Positions 1-8,099 of a stretch of DNA of 10,126 bases are shown here, in pieces; within the stretch, counting starts at the first letter, position 1; each line of letters opens with the position of its first letter. The stretch lies in assembly GCA_001600695.1 (NCBI GenBank), contig BCKQ01000036.1:30192-40317 (forward strand), written 5' to 3'. Made by a program: the position numbers and the translations under genes. The notes beneath the pieces are model-generated. The model was not told the DNA's origin. It ran no database searches and saw nothing but the letters and a program-made list of their open reading frames with translations. Origin of the DNA: Ascoidea asiatica JCM 7603. Its lineage: Eukaryota; Fungi; Ascomycota.

Positions 1-1217
1 TCATTGATCCATGGCTCAGGCGCCACAAACCTGGCCAACAGTGGAAATTTTCCTGAAATCACAGGGTAACACACTTTCTTAACTGGATGTTAATAACTTT
101 CCTAATTTGGACTGGTGGTTGAGAATTGAATGAAATTTTTGCTCGTCAAATTCCAGTAGTTAATAAATTTAGACCCACTAATTGTTTTTGCTGAAGATGT
201 AAATGAATTTACTTACTTCAAATGCTTAAACCCTTATATTCAAAAGAAACAAGATTACTGAGACTTCAATGATTTAAAAAACAAATAATGAATTTCAATC
301 TTCTTTCTGTATTTGTTCTTTTGAATACAAAAATAATATTTACAGCTTCGAGAATCAAAAAGCGTGTTTGAATGTACAATTAAAAAGGATGCCTATTCTA
401 TTTTAATAAATGTAGTTTTTATTTCACTTGAATTGATAGTTACTTTACCCAGAAAATTCAGTAACTTGAGTATAAAAAGTTACGTTTTGCAGATGATAAA
501 AGTCACGTTTTTCAAGTTACGTTTGAGGCCGAATTCAAAAAACGTAACCAATTTTTCAGTTGGAAATGCTTGTGCTGCTTTTGATGCTAAATATATTGAT
601 TTAAAAGTAGCTACCTGATTTTGAAGATAGTTTAGAAGTTTGATAACAAAAGAAATGATAATAAAATTTAATAAAAATTAATTATTGTTTGAATAAAAAA
701 TAATTACGAAGATTTTTAAAAGCTGTCATCCATACAGAATCCATTATTGCTGTTATGTTCTGTAATATCATTATTATTATTTGTCATTTGCTTATAATTT
801 CAAATATTTTAAATATTTTACTCCAAACTAAGATGCAGTTCCCATTCATATTCTCTTTTAGTAATCACTTAAAATTAAATTCAACCTTTTATCATCGTTT
901 TTTCATTTCAAATACATCTACAAAATAAAAAACTCCAATTTTAATTATTAATAATCTTTAAAAATTATTATTCAATCAAGATAATAATTATTTTTACGTT
1001 ATTATTCAATTTAACTCCTTTGGATTGAATTAAATCTATTTTAGTTCTATTAAGACTTAATTTAAAAGCTTCTAAAAAATTGACAAATATTAAAAACAAT
1101 AGTAATTTAAATGGCATTTAATAGAATTAAATTAATAAGATTTAAGGATAATTCATATTAAGATTCTGAAATATGAAAAGAATTAATAGAATCAAAATTT
1201 TGAAAAAAAACACATTG

Positions 1218-1395
1218 TCATTTTATTCATAATCTCATTCATCATTTTATTATTATTCTATAATCATTTTATTATTTTTCTATTATCATTTTATTATCAT
1301 TTTCTTATTATTTTATTATTATTTTATTATCATTTTACTATCATGTTTTTTTCATTTTATTATTTTTTAATATTTTATTATTATTCTATTATCAT
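1218..1395. repeat. Degenerate AT-rich minisatellite, unit about ATCATTTTATT
   Basis: Repeated variants of (t)atcattttatt, tattattttatt and tattattctat over about 180 bp, almost devoid of G. Confidence 0.75.
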
Positions 1396-3131
1396 GGAAA
1401 AAATCAATCTAGTTCTTATAAATTATGATATCATTAATTTCATGATTTACTAAGTAACAGCATTTCCCAGTTAAAATAGAAAAATATCCAAATACAAATG
1501 CAAAATAAAGCTGCACAAATAAATAAAAATAAGAAGCTTAGTCCTAGATGATTACGATTATAACTTAAATGAAGTTCTATCAAGTGAATGAATTCGAATG
1601 TTGTTAATGATGCTACTTTAATGAAATAGAAGCTTGAAAGACCAATGAAAGTAATATGAATTATCATTTTTTCTTATGATTTGAATACACGATTGATTGT
1701 AATATATAAGTGGCGCTTATTATTCTTTGAACCATCATTTTTAAGAAATATAACTGACTATTGGTCAGTATTTTTTATTTCTTAATAAAGCTTCCATTGA
1801 TCAATAATAATTATTACTCTGATGTTAGTGGATCATAGGTTATTAGATTGGAATATTATTTAAATTGATTATTAGAATTGGAATTGAAATAAAATTAAAA
1901 TTGAAATGACAATTTTTAAGGCAAATAAAGAATCGTGAAAATTAGCTTTAATATAAGAATTTGAAATAAACTTAGTGAATAATGATGTATTTGATTATTA
2001 AAATTGGATTAATTGATCTGATTATATTGTATTAATTTTATTATATTGCTATGATTGATAGAAATTTCATTATCATTTTTTATTTGATGTTTGCTGATTT
2101 ACGTCTTTTCACTTTGGAAATAATTCTTTTATTCAGTCAAAAGTAAAGAATAAATGGAAACTTCTTTAATTTGTATGTTTGTGCTTCTTTTCTTCTTTTT
2201 TATTGATTTCTTCTGAGATCAACGAATCATCAAATAAATCAATCATTAACTCAAATTATGAATAATCTTTTCTAACTATTTTAGAACTTCTGATCTTCTT
2301 TTTGTGCTTTTTATTTATAATCGCTTATTGTACTACAGTATCTGTTTTTATTTCAACTTCTGTTTTTTTTTTAATCCCATTCTGAAGTCTGTTTCTTATA
2401 TTATACCTTTTTTTCTTTTTATTTAATTTTAAAAAGTGGGTTTAAAATCAATTCAAATTACTTATTATTATGGAATTTCTATTTTAAATGAAGATTAAGG
2501 TAAGGTAAAAAATCAAAAAGAAAAATATGAGAATTAATATTTTTATTTAAAGAAATATGAACCTCATAATTCAAAAAGAAATATGATTACAATTACATTT
2601 TGAAGCAAAGTGTGCTATTGGCTTGATAAGTTCAATTTATTATTCAATAAAAATGTCTTTTAAATAATCTTTCAATCATCAATTAAAAATTTATTAAAAT
2701 AATATCTATTAAATATGTTGCTTTAAAGGTAAAAATTTTTAAGAATTTAGAAAGCTCTTTTGTTATAATATAAACAGGTTCAAGAGAAGTAATTAAATTA
2801 GTTTAAATTTTAAATACTAATTCTATATTATAGACATTTCAAAAGGTAAAGTAATGAATCACAAATATGTGAAGTTGATTTTATCATTACTAAATAAATT
2901 ACCTTATCCTATATTATTCTGATAATAATTTGCTTTGTTCAATTATAGATAATTATAAATGTTTTTTAATTAAATTCAACTTTTCATTAAATTGGACTGT
3001 GATTAATGAATGTATTTCTTTATGAAGTTAAATTCCTTCTCATGTAACTGAATTGTTGTTTATATGCTGTATATTATAGATATTAGAGACTAAGTATTAA
3101 AATGTTATATTACAGAATAGATTGAATATTG

Positions 3132-3157
3132 TATTATATGTTATGTTATGTTAAGTT
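3132..3157. repeat. Short (TATGT)n pentamer repeat just 3' of the DUF4112 stop codon
   Basis: tattatatgttatgttatgttaagtt, in the presumptive 3' UTR/termination zone. Confidence 0.45.
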
Positions 3158-3167
3158 AAATTATGAG

Positions 3168-3740
3168 TTACACCTTCAACTCAGGATCAGATCGATTGAT
3201 TACATTCACTTGTTCATTTAAACTATCTGGACTGATATTATACTTTCGTATCAAGTAATGTTCAAGCATCAAACAATTTCTTGAGTTTGCTTTATATGCC
3301 ATATTTATAATATCACCAACCACTGGAATTAATCCAATACTAAAATCTAAAATAATATTAAACATCATTTTAGATCTGATTTCATTAGGTAAACCATCAT
3401 TAATTTTATTACATTTTTTAATTAATAATAATGCAAAAAAAATGGCAATAAAATCTCCAATAACTGGAATAAGTCCAATTATTCCTGACCAACCTAATTT
3501 AAATCCACAAAGTGAAAAACATAAATCTAATCTATGAGCTTTTCTTCTTACTGATCTTAAAATTTTTGAATCTTCTTTTGATATAATACTAGGAATTCCT
3601 TTCTTTCTTTTACTTCCTTTCTTTTGATAAAATTTTAATTCTGCTTCTGGAATTGGTTCAAAATAAGGATCTTCTTTAGCAACTGTTACTTTACTTCCTA
3701 AGATTTTATTAAGTACTAATTTTTGTGCCAATTGAGCCAT
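3168..3740 (-). CDS. DUF4112-family small membrane protein (190 aa), conserved fungal protein of unknown function
   Basis: Intact ATG-to-TAA ORF with the DUF4112 pattern: basic N-terminus with EDPYFE, then 'R-x-KAHRLD-x-CF-x-LCGFKLGWSGIIGLIPVIGD' and a second 'D-x2-IGLIPVVGDIINMAYKANSRN' repeat, each next to a hydrophobic helix. Confidence 0.9.
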   Translation of the reverse strand: MAQLAQKLVLNKILGSKVTVAKEDPYFEPIPEAELKFYQKKGSKRKKGIPSIISKEDSKILRSVRRKAHRLDLCFSLCGFKLGWSGIIGLIPVIGDFIAIFFALLLIKKCNKINDGLPNEIRSKMMFNIILDFSIGLIPVVGDIINMAYKANSRNCLMLEHYLIRKYNISPDSLNEQVNVINRSDPELKV

Positions 3741-4466
3741 TGAGTTTATTATTTTTAATTAATATATTAAAGTGTATGTGTATGTATATGAATTGAAATA
3801 TCTTTTAGCAACAATGACTTTTTTACTTTACATCTCTTTATTCAAGGAAGAAGAAAATCAGAATAACAAAATCAATTATTTTCAATTCTATTTATATTCT
3901 AAATGTTTATATAATGCTTATTTTTGTTTAATTCAATTAAATTTCATCCATGATCATTGATAATTAAAAAACGTTGCTAGTTTTATCAGTGCTTAATACA
4001 TGTTAACTATGGGTATTGGATGTCCGTTTCCAATTTTTTATCTTTTGAATTCGTGTTTTCACAATCAACAATAAAGGGCTAATTAATTTGTTTCAACATA
4101 AAATAATTCTAAATAATTACTAATATTTATTTTATAAAGCTAAACTTATCAAAATGTTATATCAATAGTGAGTGTGTGGTAGCCTAGCAATCATATGTTT
4201 TACTTAAGATTCAAAAAATATGATTTGTAATAAATTTATAAACTAAAAACTTGATATTATTTACTGATTTCTATGGTGTTTTTTGAACTAAGTATGATTT
4301 ATGTTTTCAAATTCAATAAAATGAAATATCTTAACTTCAATTTTTGTGTGTATATATGAATCGTTGAACTACTTGAGCCTGATAAATAATATTCAAGAGG
4401 TATACTCTAAAATCATGAACTGATGATTGTCTACATTTTAAAGCGGAATAGCATATTCAAATTAAT

Positions 4467-4482
4467 AAAAAAAAAAAAAAAA
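4467..4482. repeat. Poly(dA:dT) tract (A16) in the divergent intergenic region
   Basis: 16 consecutive A about 80 bp upstream of the first CArG-like motif; such tracts are typical nucleosome-disfavouring yeast promoter elements. Confidence 0.6.
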
Positions 4483-4562
4483 TAATACAATTCTGTTTTC
4501 AAATCCAAATAATGCAAGTTTATAATTGAGTTTAAAATATTTCCTAATTAAAGTTTGATTTA

Positions 4563-4581
4563 AAAGTTTCCTATTTGGGAT
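4563..4581 (+). promoter_or_regulatory. Mcm1/MADS-box (CArG-like) motif AAAGTTTCCTATTTGGGAT
   Basis: TTT-CC-N6-GG-A pattern like yeast Mcm1 sites; near-identical to 6035-6053 and 7812-7830; an extra half site TTTCCTAATTA at 4540-4550. Confidence 0.5.
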
Positions 4582-4585
4582 TTGA

Positions 4586-4696
4586 ATAAGAACGTTAAAA
4601 TTAATTGAAAATTATGTAAAGAAATATTATAAATCAATAGAAAATAATCAAAATCAAGAAGGTTATCCAGTTATGGAAAAATCTATTTTATGTTGA
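4586..4696 (+). other. Out-of-frame 5' segment of copy 1 (IRTLKLIENYVKKYYKSIENNQNQEGYPVMEKSILC*)
   Basis: GYPVME (4661-4678) matches FYPSME of copy 2 but lies one frame off the long copy-1 ORF; ATG at 4673. Confidence 0.45.
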
Positions 4697-4907
4697 TGAA
4701 AATAATAATGTTTCATTCAATTATATAACAAAACAATCATCATTTGATTTATCATCAATTATTACTATATTTAATTCTATAATAAAATTAATTTTATATC
4801 ATTTTTTAATTTCTAGTTCTGTTAGAGATGAGGTTTTTAACATATATACATCAAAAGAAAAATATAAAAAATGGTTTGAAGTTTATAATTTTAAATATTT
4901 TAACGAT

Positions 4908-5813
4908 ATGCAAGAGATTAAGTTTGTACTTTTACATTCTTTTTTAATGCTTCAAGATTATTCTAAAGAACTTGAATGGCTAAAAAGTTTAATTAAACAT
5001 GAGTTAATTATATCAGGTAAATATCATTTCATTGATATTGAAGTTAATAAGATTAATTATCAAATCAAATTTGATTATAAATATGAACCTGAAGGGGTAT
5101 TTAGAGGAACTGTTTTTTTTCATGATCAAATCCTTGTGATAATGAATGGAACTTCAGAATCTCAGGTAAATTTTAAATTAATAGATTTTTTAAAAACAAA
5201 TTCAAATTCTTATATAAATATAAAAGATATTAAAACTGATTTTGATCATTTATCAGCTCAATTTACTAAAGATTTTTATAAAAATGAACTCATTGATAGA
5301 ACTTTATGGAATAATTGTTGGAAAAATGTTGAAATTTCATACTTAGAATATCAATTAGGTGGTAGAATTAATTTAATTCCATTAAAAAAAAATGGTGATG
5401 AATTAGCAAATATAGTTATTTGTTGTATTACCAAAAATAATCTGTTATTTTCTGAAAAATTAAGTTATGGATTTGGTTTTGATTATAATGATTCATGTAA
5501 AAGAGCAATTCATCTTGCATCAAAATATTTATCTTCTAATATTGAAAGAAAATCTGTTAAAAGGCAAAATAATTATAAATTTTTACTTAAAGAAGCACAA
5601 CCTAAAAATATTTTATATTTCAAATTACAAAATTCTTCGAATAATCCAAATTATGATACAGCTAAAAATGTTGTTGTTTGTGTTTATAGTAATGATACCA
5701 AATACACTATTTTGGGTGTTGGAATTGACAGATTCTTGGAATTAGCAGTTGAAATAGCTGCAGAAGGATCTCAAAAATATGTTTGCAAAAGTTTTTCTAT
5801 TTTATTTCAATAA
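4908..5813 (+). CDS. Divergent Rnt1/Dcr1-like protein, copy 1: degenerate (probably inactive) RNase III domain plus about three dsRBD-like units; true start probably upstream of 4908
   Basis: The frame is stop-free from 4641. Translation upstream of ATG 4908 gives ...IFNSIIKLILYHFLISSSVRDEVFNIYTSKEKYKKWFEVYNFKYF, resembling the Rnt1-type segment ILNSVMTLIIY...SNEQIKQWSIMYNF (recalled) and copy 2. The C-terminal NVVVCVYSNDTKYTILGVGIDRFLELAVEIAAE resembles the Rnt1 dsRBD ([29 protein letters not shown]). Further dsRBD-like units lie at about 5058-5195 and 5325-5531. Confidence 0.7.
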   Translation: MQEIKFVLLHSFLMLQDYSKELEWLKSLIKHELIISGKYHFIDIEVNKINYQIKFDYKYEPEGVFRGTVFFHDQILVIMNGTSESQVNFKLIDFLKTNSNSYINIKDIKTDFDHLSAQFTKDFYKNELIDRTLWNNCWKNVEISYLEYQLGGRINLIPLKKNGDELANIVICCITKNNLLFSEKLSYGFGFDYNDSCKRAIHLASKYLSSNIERKSVKRQNNYKFLLKEAQPKNILYFKLQNSSNNPNYDTAKNVVVCVYSNDTKYTILGVGIDRFLELAVEIAAEGSQKYVCKSFSILFQ

Positions 5814-6034
5814 TTTCAAGCAAGTTCAAAATTTGCAATCAGAATTTATCATCAATGATCTTTCTCACCTGTAAAGGAAAGTAAATAAAGGCCTATCACG
5901 CGGAGATATCAAATGGAACTAGTCTAAACAGTACTGCTCTAAACATCTGCTCTATCTTCTCCATCTGCGTTTTTCTTATTTCTATTTTTGATTAAATCTA
6001 ATTATTTGGGTTTTGGAAACGATACTATGAAATT

Positions 6035-6053
6035 AAAGTTTCCTAAATAGGAT
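6035..6053 (+). promoter_or_regulatory. Mcm1/MADS-box (CArG) motif AAAGTTTCCTAAATAGGAT
   Basis: Perfect CC(A/T)6GG core (CCTAAATAGG) with a TTT flank, about 205 bp upstream of ATG 6259. Confidence 0.55.
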
Positions 6054-6258
6054 AGTTTCTAATTCTAGTGAAAAAAAACTTATTAGTGCTCAAAATATCG
6101 TTGATTGACAAATTCTATAAAATTTCAAATGAACAAGGAATAAGTAAGTATGAAAATTTCAATAATTCTTTTTTTTTGCTTTTTCTTTTTCTTTTTCTTT
6201 TACCTATTTTTCAACTTAACTTCATAATTTAAATTCTTCTCATTTTACAAATTAGTAT

Positions 6259-6438
6259 ATGTTTACGATGCTTGCATTACCAAAAAATGGGCAGAGAAAT
6301 GATAATAACACTTTAGAATTAGCTGATATTAAATTAATTAAAACTTATTTAATGAAAAATCATCTTCAAACAAAACGAGTTTTCTTGAGTTATCTAAAGC
6401 TAAAAATCATGAAGTTACTTCTCAATCAAAGAATATAA
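6259..6438 (+). other. Out-of-frame upstream ORF (59 aa), probable N-terminal segment of copy 2 separated by a -1 frame break
   Basis: ATG 6259 gives MFTMLALPKNGQRNDNNTLELADIKLIKTYLMKNH...RI*, overlapping the main copy-2 frame at 6342-6438. KLIKTYLMK resembles KLIENYVKK upstream of copy 1 (4598-4624). Confidence 0.4.
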
Positions 6439-6524
6439 ACGATAATTCTAATGGATTGCAAATAGAGTATGATATTGATAAAAATTCAAATAATTTTATT
6501 GAAATTAATGATTTTTATCCATCT

Positions 6525-7640
6525 ATGGAAGTATTAAAAGATCCAGAAATATTAATTAAGTTATTTAAATTCAACCTGATAAAAGAAGTGGTTATTGATC
6601 AAAGTTGGAAAAAGGAGTTATGTGAATTATGGGATAACATTTTCAAAACAATTTTAAATTCTCAATTGTATTCATTTAAATTAAGTTCTTCTGAATTTCA
6701 ATTGTTAGCTTCTCAGTTATCCTCCAAAAAAAAGTTTAAAAAATGGTCAGATATTTATAATTTTAAATATTTTCTATATTGTGATTTTTTTGGTTATTTT
6801 GATCGAAAATATAATGAAAATTATGAAATAAATATTCCCTTAGATGCTTCCATGATTTTTTTAAAAATGTTTCATGGTGCTTTACATAAACAAAATAAAA
6901 TTAAAGAAGAATTTTGGATTAATCAATTAATTGAGCATGAATTAAAATTAATGGGTTTTCAACATGAAGGTGTTAAAAAATTGGAAATCAAACAATCTTA
7001 TAGCCAAACTGAATATACTTCAAATTCAACATTAAAATCCAAAACAGATATAGATGAAGTTGAAATAAATGGAATAAAGTTAAGTTTTAAAACTCATTTC
7101 AAAGAAATATATATAAACAGGTTCTGGAATACAGTTTATAAATATTGGTTTAAGACTAACAATTATAGCAAAGAAATTAGTTACAATAGTGATGAGTTGG
7201 ATAATGATAATACTGATAATGATAATGATAACTTTTATCAAGGTAAATTAATAATATTAGATTGTGAGATTTTAAGACTTGAAGGACCTACAAAAACAGA
7301 TTTAATTTATTTATTCAAAAAGTATATTAAATTAAACCCAAACTTAATTCTATCAAAATTACAAATATATTTAAACAAATTATCTTGTGAATTAACTAAA
7401 TCTCTTCATGATTTTAAGTTTGAATTGCAAAAACTGAATAATTGCACAACCTCTGTAGTTGCTTGTGTTCTTGATTGCGAAGGCAGTGAAATAATTTTAG
7501 GAGTTGGTGAAGATAAATGGCAACATAAAGCTGCTAGTATTAGTGCAAAAATAGGATTTAATAAACTAAATAGATTTATAATTCCAAAATTTGGCAGGTC
7601 TAGTTTTGATTCTCATGGATTCAAGATTTTAAATTACTAA
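6525..7640 (+). CDS. Divergent Rnt1/Dcr1-like protein, copy 2: degenerate (probably inactive) RNase III domain plus about two dsRBD-like units
   Basis: Frame open 6342-7640; the track start at 6456 is TTG and the first in-frame ATG is 6525. Motifs are collinear with recalled Rnt1: FYPSMEVLKDPEILIKLF ~ WPPKLPEIQDLAIRARVF; KKELCELWDNIFK ~ NERLEFLGDSILN; SSSEFQLLASQLSSKKKFKKWSDIYNF ~ SEGQLSTLRMNLVSNEQIKQWSIMYNF; MIFLKMFHGAL ~ ADVFEAYIGGL; C-terminal dsRBD-like SVVACVLDCEGSEIILGVGEDKWQHKAASISAK. Paralogy with copy 1 is clear (KKWxxxYNFKYF, WxxxLIxHEL, VVxCV..ILGVGxD). Confidence 0.75.
   Translation: MEVLKDPEILIKLFKFNLIKEVVIDQSWKKELCELWDNIFKTILNSQLYSFKLSSSEFQLLASQLSSKKKFKKWSDIYNFKYFLYCDFFGYFDRKYNENYEINIPLDASMIFLKMFHGALHKQNKIKEEFWINQLIEHELKLMGFQHEGVKKLEIKQSYSQTEYTSNSTLKSKTDIDEVEINGIKLSFKTHFKEIYINRFWNTVYKYWFKTNNYSKEISYNSDELDNDNTDNDNDNFYQGKLIILDCEILRLEGPTKTDLIYLFKKYIKLNPNLILSKLQIYLNKLSCELTKSLHDFKFELQKLNNCTTSVVACVLDCEGSEIILGVGEDKWQHKAASISAKIGFNKLNRFIIPKFGRSSFDSHGFKILNY
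7200..7232 (+). repeat. Coding (GATAAT)n microsatellite encoding DNDNTDNDNDN in copy 2
   Basis: gataatgataatactgataatgataatgataac, in frame within the ORF. Confidence 0.7.
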
Positions 7641-7811
7641 TTTTTCAATTAATTTCAATATCTAGAAAGTATGACTTTGTATTTCTATAAGTCTTGCCTC
7701 TAAATTTTGATAAGTTTTCTGTCTTCAATAAGAATCTGATTTAGACCAAATTGAAAGAGAGTTTAGTTTTTTGTGTTTTTTCTGATTTCATCGGATACTT
7801 TGTTGGATCTG

Positions 7812-7830
7812 ATCCCATTTAGGAAACTTT
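7812..7830 (-). promoter_or_regulatory. Mcm1/MADS-box (CArG-like) motif, reverse complement AAAGTTTCCTAAATGGGAT
   Basis: One mismatch to the 6035 motif and two to the 4563 motif; lies between copy 2 and relic copy 3. Confidence 0.5.
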
Positions 7831-8099
7831 TAAATTTCAGCTAGCCTAGTTAGTGGGGGGAAATAGGCGATAGGCAATAGTCAAAATAGAAATCAGACCT
7901 TCCTTTAGAAATTATTATAACTTGATGATATTTTTCTCACTTGAATTCAAACTAAAAGTGAAATTGGGATTCTTCTCAAGAAGCTAAATCTTTTAACTCA
8001 GAAACTAATAAAATGGTATGTAACCCTATAAAAAAAAAAAAATCTGAAATTATATAAAATGGCTACACTAAATTTTAGGAACAAAAAGAAAATTACTAA

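Noticed and set aside
6-25. GATCCATGGCTCAGGCGCCA as a tRNA 3' end or retrotransposon primer-binding site (TGGCGCC on minus strand)
   Set aside because: No TTCGA T-loop and no LTR-terminal CA next to the TGG; truncated by the window edge.
364-618. 84-aa ORF from the track
   Set aside because: GTG start, no recognisable motif; probably a chance ORF.
1440-1667. 75-aa hydrophobic minus-strand ORF as a real gene
   Set aside because: F/I/L richness is expected from T-rich DNA and no family is recognisable; kept only as possible decayed sequence.
1753-1769. Small hairpin ACTGAC-N5-GTCAGT
   Set aside because: A 6-bp stem is expected by chance and has no supporting context.
3772-3960. 62-aa ORF
   Set aside because: Starts at GTG within a GTAT repeat in the DUF4112 promoter/5' UTR; low complexity.
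5467-5745. 92-aa ORF nested in copy 1
   Set aside because: Alternate-frame shadow of the real ORF, with no independent coding signal.
6144-6255. GTAAGT...pyrimidine tract...TTAG as an intron that repairs copy 2
   Set aside because: No TACTAAC; the upstream ATG 6129 hits TAA before the donor, and the splice would not fix the downstream frame break.
4558-7835. 24-bp inverted repeat as DNA-transposon terminal inverted repeats
   Set aside because: No target-site duplication, no transposase motif, and a third internal copy at 6035; a transcription-factor site explains it better.
8013-8078. ATG-GTATGT...CACTAAATTTTAG as a first-codon intron
   Set aside because: The branch point is non-canonical and the spliced frame stops after a few codons (TAA 8097); it could be a relic but is unsupported.
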